A stretch of DNA of 64,000 nt from Cyanophora paradoxa CCMP329 (taxonomy: Eukaryota > Plantae > Glaucophyta). Positions within the stretch are counted from its first letter, which is position 1, and each line of letters opens with the position of its first letter. Both the position numbers and the translations under genes were made by a program. The stretch lies in contig QPMI01000482.1 of assembly GCA_004431415.1 (NCBI GenBank), positions 248,001 to 312,000 of the forward strand. The letters are read 5' to 3'. Positions 45,930 through 59,040 of the stretch are shown here, in pieces. A model generated the notes under the pieces. The model worked only from the letters and a program-made list of their open reading frames with translations, did no database searches and was not told the origin of the DNA.

Positions 45930-47175
45930 GCCCGCCCGCCCGCACCGCCCCGCCCCTCCAACCGCCCCGTGCGCCCCGCGCGGGCCCACGCAGGCCCCGC
46001 CCGCCCCCGCCGAGCGGCCAGGCAGGCAGCATCCAGCCATCATTATTTTGCGCGTCTCGCGCATTTTCCCTCTCCGTCCCCCCCCTCTCGCTCCCCCCTT
46101 CCTCCCCCCCCCTCTCATTAAATCGCCCTTGCTCCTCCCCATACCCCCTTCCTTCTCCTCCCCGTCTTTGCTATCGCATCTCTTGTCGATGAGTCGCCGA
46201 GCGCTAAAATCAGTGTAGGGCTTTAATAACTAGTGCAGATAAGTCCCCGATCGAACCGCGGGACGCTCGGGGCATGTTAGTGTACCCCCCGCCACTCTTG
46301 TTTGAACACGAAGATTCTTTCACACGGTGTCGTTGCGCGGTTCATCGATCATATCCGTTGCCCCTGGGGCCCTGGCTAGCCTAGCAGCCCCCTGTGCATC
46401 CCGAAGTTCCCCAGGAGCTGCAGACCAGCCCCTAGCTGTACGTAGGTCTGCGCACTGTGGCATGCGCATGCACTGACATCGATCATGAGTTCCGGGTTCC
46501 GGCCCGCGGCGGCATCCAGCACTGCGGCAGCGAGGCCCTCGGCGCCGGCCCTGAGGACGGTCAGGAAGCCGCCAGCTGCAGTCCGCATGCAGCTGCGCAT
46601 GCAGACTTATAATTAGCTTGCAATTCAATGATTTTTGCAGTCGTGAACTTAAGCATGGCAATTACGTGTACGTAACTCGGCAAGCATAAATATATCGCAA
46701 CGTTAACAATCATTGAATGCATGCGCAGCTGTGACCGTCGACGTCGGACAGGCCCCCTGAGGCCGGCCCGGCCGCCGGGCGTGAAGGATGCGGAATCCGG
46801 AAGCGCGGCGCGGGCAGCGCAGTAAGCCGTGGCGCTCAGCGCGGCTGCCATCGATATCGAATTCGAAGTCGACTCAGTGATCGGACTACGGTAATACTTT
46901 AGTCGGATTTCAATAATTCAGTTCGGGTACAATAGCGAAGACCAAGCTGACAAGGTGGGGGCCGCCGCCGCCGGACCTTATTTTGTGTGAGCCCTCGAGC
47001 TCGAAGCTTCGAGGCTTGTCGCGGCGCCCGGCGCGGCCGCAGGGATGAACGAACTGAAGAAATAGCTAAAGGATGAAATAATCACTGTACTTGTATATAC
47101 TAGCGCTGTAAAGCCTGGCATCTTGAGAGTAGGTAGTTGATACTAAATTATATGAGAGCGAGCCGGGCGCCGCGC

Positions 47176-50100
47176 CTAATCGCGGTGCGCGTGGGGCGCC
47201 AGCTGCGGGACGGCGGGCTCCTCGGGGACGTACCCCACCAGCGATCCCGGGGTACCGGGGTATGCGGGCCACTCCCCCGCGGCGGGCTCGGGCGCCTGGC
47301 GCTCGCTCCTTCCGGGGCGGGAGGGGCGGGAGGGGCGGGGCCGGCGGCGCCAGGCGGCCTGGAGGAGGTGGGCGGCGTAGGCGCGGGGGAGGCGCGGGTG
47401 CGGCTCCCCGAAGCCGCCCGTCGTGCGGAACTCGGCGAGCAGCTCCCCGCTCTCCCGCAGGTACCTGCCGCCGGCGTGTTCGAGGGGGCGCGCCGGCGTG
47501 CGGGCAGGCGGCACCTGTCGCGGTAGTGCGACTGGACCTCCTTGGCGGGGGTACACGCGGAGGTCAAGGGAGGCCGCGGGGCGGGGGGTACGAGAATGTG
47601 CGGGGGAGTCGCGGGCGAGCTCGGGGGAAAAGGATATCGAACGCCTCGCGTGAAGTAAGCCCTGTCCACGAGGCCGCAGAGGAGAACGTGGAAGTGGATC
47701 TGCCGGGATTCGAATTCGGGAGGCCCGACGGGGGGTAGGATAAGTTCACCCGCCTCCCGTCGGCGGTGGTGGGGATGCGGAGGGTCTGCAGCATTGCCTC
47801 CCGCGCCGCCCGCGGCCCGTCGGCCGGCCCTGCGAAACCGGCTCGATCCTCGCGCGCGAGCCGTGCGACGGTAGAAAGAAAAAGGGGCACCGAGGCCGAG
47901 GGGGCGGCCGAGGGCGCGGAGGAGGGCGGGGACCTGGGCGACGAGCATGTAGCCCGTCGCGTCGGGGTCGAACGCGCGCCACGTCTCCGCGAACCTGGCG
48001 ATGGGATCGCAGGGAGGGCGGGGGCGCGGGGGCGGCGGGGCGGACGCTTCGATGTCGGACTGCTTGACGACGAAGAGGCGCCGCCGCACCACTGCGCCCC
48101 CGCCGCCGTCAGCGCCCCCCGCCCTGGGGCCCGCGCAGCGCCGGGCGGGGCGGGGCGGCGGGAGGGCCGGCGCACCGTCGGCGAAGGCGTCGAGCATGAC
48201 GGCCGCGAAGAAGTTGACCACCACGTACTGCCCGCCCCTGAGTGTCGCGCCCGGCGCGGGGGCCGGGCGGGGGGCGGGGCGGGGGCGGGGGTACCTGGGC
48301 GAGTACCATGAAGGAGACGAAGAAGGCGGGGGCGCCCTCGACGCCGCACGCGCTCCCGAAGCCCTCCGCCGTGCACACCGCCCCGAAGGCCCGCGGGTCC
48401 GCTGCGTACCTGTCCGGCCCCCCGACGCATTCGAGGGGGAGTTCGACGCGAGGGGAGGGGCGGGGAGGGAGGGAGGGGCGGCGCGGACCACATGAGGACG
48501 CTCCAGTTGTCCCCGGAGGCGAGCCTGCGCCGCCGGCCCGGGCGGCGCGTCAGAAGGAGAGGGAGAGGGGGACGGGGCGGGACGGGGCACCGGAAGAGCA
48601 GCAGCAGCGCCGAGCCGGCGTTGCTTCGACGCGCACGCAAGTCAGAAGGAGGGGTGGAGGGGGCCGGGGGGCGGGGCACGTGAAGTTGGCGTCGTCGTTG
48701 AGGGGCCCCGCGATGGGCAGCAGCCCGAAGAGCGTCACCCCCGTCACCGCGTACCTGCGCCCCGCGCCCGCCCCGTCGGCCCCGGCGCCCCGCGGGCGGG
48801 ACCCGGGGCCTAGGGGGGAGCTGGGGCGGGAGCTGGGGCGGGAGCTGGGGGGTGACCGCAGCGCTCGAGAACGGAAGTCGGATGGGAAGCAGTGTAGAGA
48901 AAGCGAGGAGAGGAAAGCAAGGCTACGGGAGTGGAGGAGGAAGCAGGGGGCGCGTGCGGGGGCCGGGGCGGGGGGCGGGGCGGGGGCGGACACGAAGAAG
49001 AGGACGAGGACGATGAGGCCGACGTAGGCGGTCGCCTTCACCGACGACGCCAGCGCCTCCACCAGCGTCATCAGCGACTGCCCGGCCCCCGCACGGGTCG
49101 GCACGAGTCGCCGCCCCGCCGGCGCCGGCCGCGGGGGGGCGGGGGGGCGGACCTTGAAGCGGGGGAAGAGGCGGGCGACGCGGACGATGCGAAGGACGCG
49201 CGCCACGCGCACCACCGACGCCGCCGACGACTGCGCCGCCGAGGCGGGGCGGGTGAGGGGCCGCTGGCTCGAGGAGGGGGGCAGGGGACCTGGGCGCCCA
49301 GGCCCCCGGCGTACGCGTCGAGCACCGCCCCTGCCGCCCCGCCCCGCCCCTCGGCGGCCGGCCCGCAGCGGCTCGCGGGGCGGCGAGCGCGGGCGGCACC
49401 GGCGGCGCAGACGGCGACGACGACGGCGTCGGCGAGGTTGTCGCGCTCGGCGGCGTACTCGCCCCACCCCAGCGCCGCCAGCTGCGCGTGCGCCGGCGAG
49501 GGCCCGCCCCGCGTGAGGCCCCCTGCGGGGCGGGGCGGGGCGCCCCCGCGCGCCTTGGCGAGGTTCTCGAGGCCGAAGAGGACCGTGAAGCCGATGTTCG
49601 TGTACGTCAGCGCCTCCTCGTACTGCGCCGACTGCGCGGCGCAGGGGCGCGGCCGCGTCGGGCCGGGAGCGCCGAGCCCGCGGCGGGCGCAGGCGCTCTC
49701 TCTAGGGCAGCGCGCCTGGCCGTGGTAGTCCATGCAGAGGATGCAGACGTTGAGGACGACGAGCGCCGAGATCGCCGCGTCTGCCCCCGCCCCCGCCGGG
49801 CCCGTCACGAGCGGGCAGGGTCTCGCGGCGGCGGTGGGCGTCGGGGGGGCACCGAAGAGGGGGTGGAGGACGAGGCGGAAGAGGGCGCGGCGGAGGGCGC
49901 CGCGGGGCTCGCGCAGGGCCGGCCGCGGCCGCGTCCTCTCGACGGCCGTCTTCAGGGCGCCCCACCACTGGGGGGCCTAAGGAGGGGTGCGAGGGGCGGG
50001 GGCCGTGGGGCGGACCTGGGCCTGGTCGGGGGCGAGCTTGACGGAGACGCTGCGGGGGGCGCGCCCGCGTGAGGCGCAGCGCGCGGCGAGGCGGCCCGAG

Positions 50101-53100
50101 GCAGAGCGCGGGGCGGGGCGGGGCGGGGCGGACCCCTCCTTCTTGAACCAGCTCCGCGACTCGCTCGTGACGCGCCGGAAGCTCGTCACCGCCACCGCCG
50201 CGAACCTGCGCGCGCTCAGCCGCGGGGGGCGTGCGGGGGCCTGGGGCCGGGCGCGCGCCAGTTGGAGGTGACGAAGACGCCGGTGACGAGGAAGGAGAGG
50301 AAGAAGAGGGAGGCGGCGGGGTTGTGGTCCGTCTGCCCCGCCCCGCCTCAGCTCCTCCCGCCGGGCGATCTCGGGCGGGCCGGGGCGGGGGCGGGCCTTC
50401 ATGGAGAGGTCCACGCCGACGGCGTCGATGGCGTCCCGCATGCGCCCCGTCCAGTCCGACCGCAGCGACGCCACCTGAGGCCGCGGGCGGCGGCCCGCAC
50501 CGCGTCAGGGCGGGCGCGAGGGGCGGGAGGCGGGGGGCGGGGAGGGGGCGCCTCGTAGAGGGTCAGGAGGGCGCTCCCCACGTTGTCCCACGTCTGCCCC
50601 GAAGCGCCCCGCCGGCTTAGCAGCCGGCGGGACTGGGCGGGGCGGGGCGGGGCGGGGTCTCGCCTGGGGCCGGGTCCGCCAGGAGCGCTGCGCGCGGGGC
50701 GCCGCACGTCAGCCAGCGGCTTCGCTCCGCTTCTCAGCGCGGCGGCGGCCCTCACCTCGGTGGTGGCGTTGGTGCGGGGGTCGAGGAAGGGCCCGCGGCA
50801 GTCCGCCCGCCGCTCGACGGCCCGGTCGCTGCACGCCCCGATGCGCCCCGCGAAGAGCTGCATCCCTGCGCGCCCCGTCCCCGCGCATCAGCCGCGTCGA
50901 CTCCCCACTTCCCTGGACGACGGCGGTCCCGCGTGTCGCCGGCTAGCCCCTCTGGCCCGCCCCTTCTCTCTAACAGCGAGGCCTGGGCCCCGAGGGGGCG
51001 GGGCGGGGCGGGGGCCACCGAGGACGGCGTAGAAGCCCCAGAGGACGAGCATGAGGGAGAGGACGCGGAGCATCTTCGGGATCGCCCGCGAGAGCGACCC
51101 CAGCGCGTGCTGCGGGGAAGCCGCTTCAGGCCGAGGGCAGGGGCGGGGAGGGGCGAGGCGGCCTCGGCGGGCGGGCCTGCATGGCGCGGGACTTGGAGAG
51201 GAGCTCGAGGGGCCGCAGGGCGCGCAGCACGTGCATCCCCCGCAGCAGCGCGCCTGGCCGCACTCGCCCTCAGAGGACGAGGGGACGAGGAAGAGGAGGG
51301 GGCGCGAGGGGCGCGCTCTGCTTCTTGTCCGAGGTGTCGGACATGACGATGGTGAGGCTGCGGGGCGGGCGGCGGGGCGGGCTCGGGCGCGCGCTGGGGC
51401 GCGGGGGCGGGGGCGGGGGCGGGGGCGGACAGGGAGGCGATGGCGACGAGGAGGTCGAGCACGTTCCACCTGCCGCCCCGCGGCGCCGGGTCGCGTGGGG
51501 GGGCGTCGGGGGAGGGGGCAGGCGGGGGCCGGCGCACAGCTCGCGGAGGTAGGACTTCCTGTCGAGGAGGAAGCCCTGGGCGAAGACCTTCACGAGCACC
51601 TCCCCCTGCCCCGCCCCCGCGCCTCAGACCGCCCCAGGGCGGGGGCCGGGGCGGGGCGGCGCGCACGACGAAGATGGCGGTGAGGCCGTAGTCGATGTAG
51701 TGCACGATCTGAGGCGGGGGGCGGGGCGCTCGGAGGGGGCGGGGGGGAGCGGAGAGGAGAGCGGGGGGGGCACCTTGAGGACCTTGTAGGGGAGGAGGGG
51801 CCCCTCGATGGCGAGGAGGACGCAGGAGACGAGGATCGGGGGCGTCATCGCCCGGTCCCACCTCTCCGTCTCGATCCACTGCGCCCCCGCCTCCAGCGCC
51901 CCGCGGGCGCCTCGCGCGGGTGGGGGGGAGGGCACCTCGAGGAGGCGCCGGCGGGCGGGGAGGGACGGGGGGAAGAGCCAGAGGGAGTAGCCGGGGCGCA
52001 GGAGCGCCTCGAGGAGGCGGGAGCGGGGCTTGGGCGAGGTCGGCGTCCTCCCCGGCGAGCCCGCCGCCCCGGCGCTGCCCGCCCCGCGCCTCAGAGGGGG
52101 CCCCACGCGCGCTCGACCCCGTCCCCCCGGCGCCGGGCGGAAGAGACTCGAGAGGGGAAGGGGAAAGGGGAGAACCTGTGCGGGGCGGGGCCGGCGGGGC
52201 GCCGCATGCTCTGCGTCCGCTTCAGGCCGAGGGCCTTCATCACCTGCGGGCCGGCGGCGGCGGGGGGCAGGCGTGAGCGAGAGCTCCGGGGCGCGACTGC
52301 CCCCGCGGGGCTCGAGCCCAGAGGAGCTCGGGCTCAGATGAGCTCGGCTCATCAAAGATCTAGATGCGCTCAGATTCGATAGGCTTGGAGCCGATAGGCG
52401 CGATAGCGAGCTCAGAGAAGCTCGGATGGTACAAGCGCGAGCTGAAAAGGGAGGGCTGCGGGGGCGCGCCTTGCCGCCCGGGCTGTGGGCGCCCTCGATG
52501 CGCAGCTGGATCTCGTCCATGGCGAGGAGCGGGCCCGCCGCCTCGCCCCCCTCCACCGCGTAGCCCGCGTCCACGATGCACTGCCCCCGCCCTCAGCGGC
52601 CCCGCGGAGCAGCGGTGCAGGCGGGGCGGGCGACGGCGCCCTCGCACCCGCGCCCCCTTGAGAACGCTCTTGGGGCGCCGGCTCCGCTCCTGCACGCGGC
52701 GGCGCCGCCGTTGTTTAGCATCATCTCCGCGGGCGGGAGCGAGGGGCGAGGGCGCGGCCATCGGGGCGGGCCTCGATGCGGCGGATGTCGCGCTTGCGGC
52801 CGAGCGCCTCCCGCGCCTCCCGCACCCGCGCCGCCCCCTCCAGCCCCCGCCCCAGCCCTGCTCGTGCCCCCAGCTGCCCGTCAGCCGCCCCGCGCGGCCG
52901 GAGCTCCGCGCGGCCGGGCAGCTTGGGGGAGACGGGGCGCACCCATGCTCTTCTGGCGGGGCAGGGGTGGCCGGGGGCGCCCGCCGGCGTCCGTCGAGGC
53001 GCGGCCGCGCTCCACGTCGAACGAGGCCCTGCCGCCCGCGGTCAGACGCCGCGCCGCCCCCGCAGCCCGAGGGCCGCCGGAGGGGATCGAGGGAGAGGGC

Positions 53101-56100
53101 GGGGGACGGGGTGCGGCAGCTGGAGTCCGCGGGGAGGCGAGGGAAAGAAGCGGAGGGAGAAGGGGCGCACCCGCGGTCGATGTCGATGGAGGCCCTGCGG
53201 GGGAAGGGAGCTCGAGTGAGGGAGATGGCAAGGCCAAGGGGGAGGAGCGCACCCCCGGTCGATGTCGAACGAGGCCCTGCGAAATGGAACCGAGTCAGGC
53301 GGGAGCGGCGCGCCGGCCGCGCCGGGGCTCTATCCCCTTGGCGAAGCCGCAAGGGAGGGGCGGGTGTGTGCGCTGCGCTGCTGGGGAGCGGGGCGGGCGG
53401 ACCCGCGGTCGTAGTCGAAGGAGGCAGAGGCGCGCCTGCGGGGCGCGGTGAGGCGCGGGTCGCGCAAATCAGGCCACCCACTCTCCAGTTTCCAGCACCC
53501 CGTCCCTCGCTTTCATCTCTCCAGCTTCTAGGATTGTTGAGAGCAAGTCTAGCTTCAAGCCTCTCGCCCCTGCACGCGTCCTCCTGCTCGTGCGGGGCGG
53601 GCGGGGGCGCGGACCCGGCGTCGCTGGCGCTGTCGCCCTCGTCGTCCGTCGCCCAGGAGCGCGCCGTGTACACGTACCTGCCGGGGGTGAGGGGGCAGGC
53701 CGCCCGAGGCCGGGTTCAGAGGAACACCGGAGGGCGCACCCGAAGGAGGCGCTGGAGCGGGCGGAGAGGGGCGGCGAGGGGCCCCGCGCGGCCCGCGCGG
53801 CCCCGGCCCCGGCGGAGGCGGAGGGCGCGAAGGTCGTGGAGATGCCCGAGGCGGGGGCGGGGGAGGGGCGGGGCGACGCGGCGCGCATCTGGCGGAGGGC
53901 GCGCTGCCCGCGGTACGTCCGCGGGCTCGGCGGCGCGAGCAGCGCCAGCGGCTGCGGCGCCGAGCGGGCAGCGGGGGCCGAGGGGGCGGCCGGCGGGGGC
54001 GGGGCGGGGCTGTCGAGGCGGGGCGAGGAGGAGGGGCGATGACGAGCTTGGGGATGCCGGCAGGGGGCGGGCGCGGGGCTGGGGGCGCCTCCGGGGCGGG
54101 GACGGGGAGTCCGGGCCCGTGACCCGAAGCTGGATGGCGGGGGGGTGAGGGAGGCAGACCCCGGCGGGGCGCGAAGGCCGGGGTGGGGGGGCGGGGCCCG
54201 GGGCCCTCGGGCGGCAGGCGGGGCGGGCTCTGCACGGGGCTCTCCCGCGCCGAGACGGGCCTCGGGCGCACGGGCCCCGGGTCCATGGAGGCCTGCGCGG
54301 CGGCGTCGCGCCCCCGGACGCCCGCGCGACGCGCCGCCCCGGGCGCACCCGCGTGACGAGGTCGATCAGGTCGACGTTCGCGTCCAGCACGAACGACTGC
54401 GAGCGCCGCCGCAGCTGTCGCGGGTGCGGCGGAGCGCCGTGAGCGCCCGCAGCAGAGGCGAGGCACGCTGGACGGACGCACGGCGGAGGGGGCGGTCCCG
54501 TGGAGGTCGTAGCCCCTCAGGACGGTCTTGCGTACGTTCACGAGCTGCGCCGCGCTCGGGTCAGATCGCGCCGGAGCGGGGCAGATGCCACCCGAGGGGA
54601 CCTCGTCGCTGAGGCGGCGCTGCTGGAGGCGGGGCCCCGCCGGGGCCGGCGGGGGCGAGGCGGCGCCGGCCCCCGCGCCCTCCCGCTCCACCTCGGGGAG
54701 GAAAGCGGCGCCCTCGCTGCGCGCCCGACCGTCGGCATCGGCGGCGGCTCCGCCCGAGGGGCGGCGCGCACCGCGCGGAGACGCCGGCGGCCTCCCGCGC
54801 GAGCTCCAGCGCCGCCTCCGCCGCCGCGTCTGCCCGCACGCCCCCTCGCCGAGCGAAGCCAGGGGAGGGAGGGAGGGGAGGGGCCGCACCGGCGGCGCGC
54901 TCGGCGATGCGCGTGCGGGCGCGGGCGGCCCAGCGCTGCAGGCCCGGCGCCGCCCGCCCTCCGCCGTCTTCGCCGCCTGCCGCGCCACAGCGTCAGAGGC
55001 GCCGGCGCACTGGCAGCGGCGCCGCGCCGGCCCGGGCGGCCCTGCGCCCGGCCCGCAGGGCCCGCGAAGACGCGGGAGCTGCTGCTCCCCCGGCGGGGGC
55101 GCGCACCTCGGCGGGGAGGCGGAGCATGGAGCGCTGGCGGCGGAGGCCGGGGCGGGAGGCGCCGCCCTTGAGGCCCGACGCCAGCACCGACGCCCGCCGC
55201 CGCACCGGCACCTGCGAGGCGCGCGCGGGAGAGTCGCTCAGAGAAGCGGTGCGGAGGTCGGGCGGAGCACGGCGGCGCTGCGAGAGGCGAAGCAGAGAGA
55301 AGCGGGGCGGGGCGGGGCGGGCCTTGTAGTCGGCGAACATGGAGTTGAGCATGACGGCCATCGCCCCGTTCAGCACCAGGTACTGCGGGGGCGCCCCGGG
55401 GCGTCGGCGGGGGCGGGGCGGGGCGGGCGGGGGCCGGGGCACCTGGCCGACGACGTAGAGGGCGACGAAGTAGACGAAGACCGCCGGCGTCCCCGTCCGC
55501 GCCATCGCGCTGTACCTGCCCCCGCCCCGCACCCGTCACGCCGGGAGTGGGGTCCGGCGGGCGGGGGGCGCGCGCACATGAGGAACTCCCAGTTGTCGGC
55601 GGTCATGATCTGCGGCGGGGGCGCGGCGTCAGCGGCGAGGCGCTGCGGCGGGGCGGGGCGCTGCGCTCGGGGCGGCGGGGCGGGCCTGGAAGACGGAGAC
55701 GACGGCGCCGCTCCAGAACGAGTCGAAGCTCGCCCGCGCCAGCGTCCGCTGCGGCCGGGCTCAGGCGGGGGCGGCGGGGGGCCGAGAAGCGCGGGGGACC
55801 TGGTAGACGGAGGAGGCGAGGGGCCCCGCCGCCTCGTACTCGGCCCGCACCTCCCCTTGCTGCCCCCGCCTCGCGTGAGGCCGGCGGCGGCGGGCGGGGC
55901 GGGGCGGGGCGGGCCCCCTCGAAGCCGCCCGAGAAGAGAGCCATGCCACAGAGGGCCCCCAGCACGACGTAGAGCCCGAGCATCGGGAGGAAGGCCTGCG
56001 GGGGAACGATTGCTCGAGGCACCCGGGGGCGGGGGCGGGGGCGGGGGGCGGGACCAGCATGAGGCCGGCGGAGCGGACGGCGTCCTTCAGCAGCTTGCGG

Positions 56101-58723
56101 AAGCTCGCGTAGCGCGAGTTCCTGCCGCCCGCTCGCCCGCGATGGGGGGCGGAGGCGGGGAGGACGGAGGGGGCGCACCGGAAGAGGTAGAGGAGGCGGA
56201 GGGTGCGGGGGGCGTGCAGGGGCCAGTGGGCGGGGTCCCACCGAATGATCTGCAAGGGAGGTTGTTCGAGGAGGGGCTCGCGCGTTCGAGGGTTGCGGGT
56301 GCGGCCGCGCCTGAGCGATGCCGCAGACAAGGGCCGTGACATCGATGAAGTGGAGGAGGGAGGACTGGGGGTACGAGTGTCGGGCTTCGGTGTTTCGGAG
56401 GGGAAGCCGGGGGTACGCACGCGGAAGAAGGCCGCAAAGCCGCCGGCCGCGAGGAATTTGAGAGCGACCTGCAGGGAGGGGGCGCGTCGGTTTCCGAAGC
56501 CCGCTGCATTCCGGGGGGTACGCTCGCCTCGAAGAGAAGAACGGCGACGCAGGCCGCGTTGAGGGCCGCTGGAGAGGCGGTCAGAGAGATTCGAAGCCAT
56601 CGAGAGTGGACGGTACAGGGTACCGAGGGCGTCAGCGAGAGCGGGGGGCATTCCGGCGTGGAAGACGACGAGGGGTACGACGCCGATCGAAACGATGACC
56701 GACTCCACTGCGGCGAAAGCTCGCGCGGAGAGCGACGGGGTGGCGCGGGCTGCACGGCAAGCACCGGCGGGGTACCGCGCGTGCCAGGCCACGCGGCGCG
56801 CCAGTGCGGTGGCCTTGCCGTACCCCTCCATGTCGCGGGCGTCCCCCCCCTTCGCCCTGCGCGGGATCGAATGCGGACGGACGGGGACAGGGCGCGACGG
56901 GGGTACCAGGCTTTGAGGGCTGCCCGTCGTCCCTTTACCCACCCCGTGACGGCCTTAGAGGCCCGCCGCAGCGCGGAGGCGGCGCCGACCACTGCGGCGC
57001 CGGCAGCGTCCCGCAGGCTGCCGCCGGCCACGCCCCGGAGGCTGCCCCGGCGGCGGCGGCAGCGGCGGCGGCGGCGGCGCGCGCGGCGCGCGCGGCGCGG
57101 ATCGCCTCCCGCTTGAGGCGCCGTGCCTCGCGCGTCGCAGCGACGTACGACTCGTTCACCACCTGCGCCCGCCCCGCCTCGGCCCCCGGGGACGGGGGGA
57201 GGAGCGCGGGGGTGCGGGGGCGGGGACCGTGAGGGTGACGTTGAAGACGACGAAGGCGCCGAGGCCGACCAGCACCACGAACACCACGGGCGCCAGCGGC
57301 CCTGCCCCGCGGCGAGGGCGTCGGGCCGGCGTGCTGCTGCCGGCCTCGTTGGCAGGGGGGCGGGGTACCGCACCCTGGGAGTCCCAGTTCCAGTACATGT
57401 TGCGGTCCCACCCGGAGAGGGTGATGCACTGCGGGGGTGCGGCATTTTGGGCGGGGGCGCAGGAGGGGGGCGCGCTGCCCGGACCTGGAAGGTGAGGAGC
57501 CAGGCCATGGCGACGTTGTCGCTCCCGACGGAGCCGTACCCCGGGTTGGGCTGCTCCCCCTTGCAGTAGAGCCCCGGGGGGGGCGGGCGCCCCGAGGCGG
57601 AGGCGGAGCACAGGCGGGCGGGGAGCTCGGGCTCGTCCCCGGGCGGGGGCGCCCCTGTCATGGCGTCGGCGAGGCGGTAGCGGAGGGCCCCCGCGAAGAG
57701 CTGCTCGAGCAGCACCCCGAACACCACGAAGTACATCCCTGGCGGGGCCGGGCCGTCGGCCGCCCCGGCTCGCGGCGGGGGAGGCGGGCGTTCGCACCGA
57801 TCTGGATGAGGCACTGGAGCAGCAGGGGGAGGGAGGAGCCGAGGGCGGACGCCAGCATTCGGACGCTGGGGACGGCCGAGAGGGCCTGCGGGGGTACCCG
57901 TCACCGCCGGGGAGGGGGGGGTGAGGGGGGGGGGGGGGCGGCGCGCCTTGAGAAGGCGGAGGATGCGGACGAGGCGAACGAAGGAGAGGTTGACGACGGC
58001 GGGGCTCATGCCGACCCACCCGAGGAGGGTGGCGAGGAGGTCGACCCAGTGCCAGCCGTGGCGGAGGTACGCGACGCCCTTCGGGTCCCACAGGCCCAGC
58101 GCCACCACCTTCACAACCGCGTCGAACGTGAAGAACGCGTTCACGAAAATCTGCGGCCCAGGTCGCCCGGTGGCTTCGCGGCGAGGCGCGGCGCGGTGGG
58201 GCGGGCGGCTGGCCGCGGGCGGGCGGCTGCGCAGCCGGCGGACCTGGAACTGCGGCTGGTTGAAGTTTCCCGCAATATCGATGCAGATGCCGAGCAGCAC
58301 CTGCGGGCGCGCGCGCTCAGCTGGCACCGGCGGGCCCGCCCTCGCCGCTGCCGGCCCGCCCCTTGCCGCCGCGGCCGCCCGAACGAGCGCAGGTCCAGCG
58401 CGGGGCGCGCGCCGGCGGGCGCCGGAGCGCATAAAATCAGTCGCTAGGATTCAAAACTGCTCACCAGCACGTTAAGCAGATCGAGGGGCCTGCGTGCGCG
58501 GCCCGTCAGCATCATTTGTAACGCGTGCACGCGGCGCGCCGCCCTCTGGCTGCAACTTCGCGCACGTTGTGTTCTCTCCGACCGCCAGCGCAATCGCGGC
58601 GCGGCGGACCGGGTTGCCTAAGGAGAAGAGATGGAGACTTCTGTGGTCGACCCGCCATGGCGAAGCGGGCTCGGGTCGAGTCGGTACAGCCGCCCGTGGC
58701 CTAGCTGGACCCCCGGGCGGCAT
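47176..58723 (-). CDS. Four-domain voltage-gated Ca2+/Na+ channel alpha subunit (Cav/Nav superfamily), divergent
   Basis: RSLHLFSLGNPVRRAAI at the N-terminus; AYLRHGWHWVDL; four S4 segments; pore loops FQCITLSGW, FQIMTADNW, YEVASLRSDW and FRLASGDNW; S6-IV FMVLAQYVVVNFFAAVMLDAF; EF-like WRAFDPDATG; IQ-like YAAHLLQAAWRR. Long low-complexity II-III linker at ~52100-55200. Some internal exon boundaries (e.g. ~56700-56780) are unresolved. Confidence 0.92.
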
Positions 58724-59040
58724 GCTGGCCGCCGCCGGACGAACGGCAGCTCGCGCTGTGTGAGCCTGCTAAGGCCCTGCTTGGCGGCTGGGGTACGCGG
58801 TAATCACGGCCAGCTCGGAGGGTGTTCAAGGCTCGAACGTCAAGCTCCAGCTCGGCTCGGGCTACGGCGCTGCCCCTGCCTTCCATTCGGATTTGGAGAA
58901 CTCTTTTAGTGCGGGAAACGCCTTTCTGCGAAGAGCCGCAATTGGTGCACGAGCAGTGGACGCGGGCGGCCCCAGCGATCAGCAAGCTTTATCGTATTAG
59001 AAGTATATTGTGATTCAAAACATCGGCTTCGAATTCGGCA

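Noticed and set aside
46320-46860. Coding-like scrap (GFLTVLRAGAEGLAAAVLDAAAG) between MAPKK and the channel
   Set aside because: Short, embedded in palindrome-rich spacer, and lacking start or splice context.
932-47178. Alternative genetic code or stop-codon readthrough
   Set aside because: TAA, TAG and TGA each end conserved proteins at the expected place, and in-frame stops in the ORF track fall inside introns.
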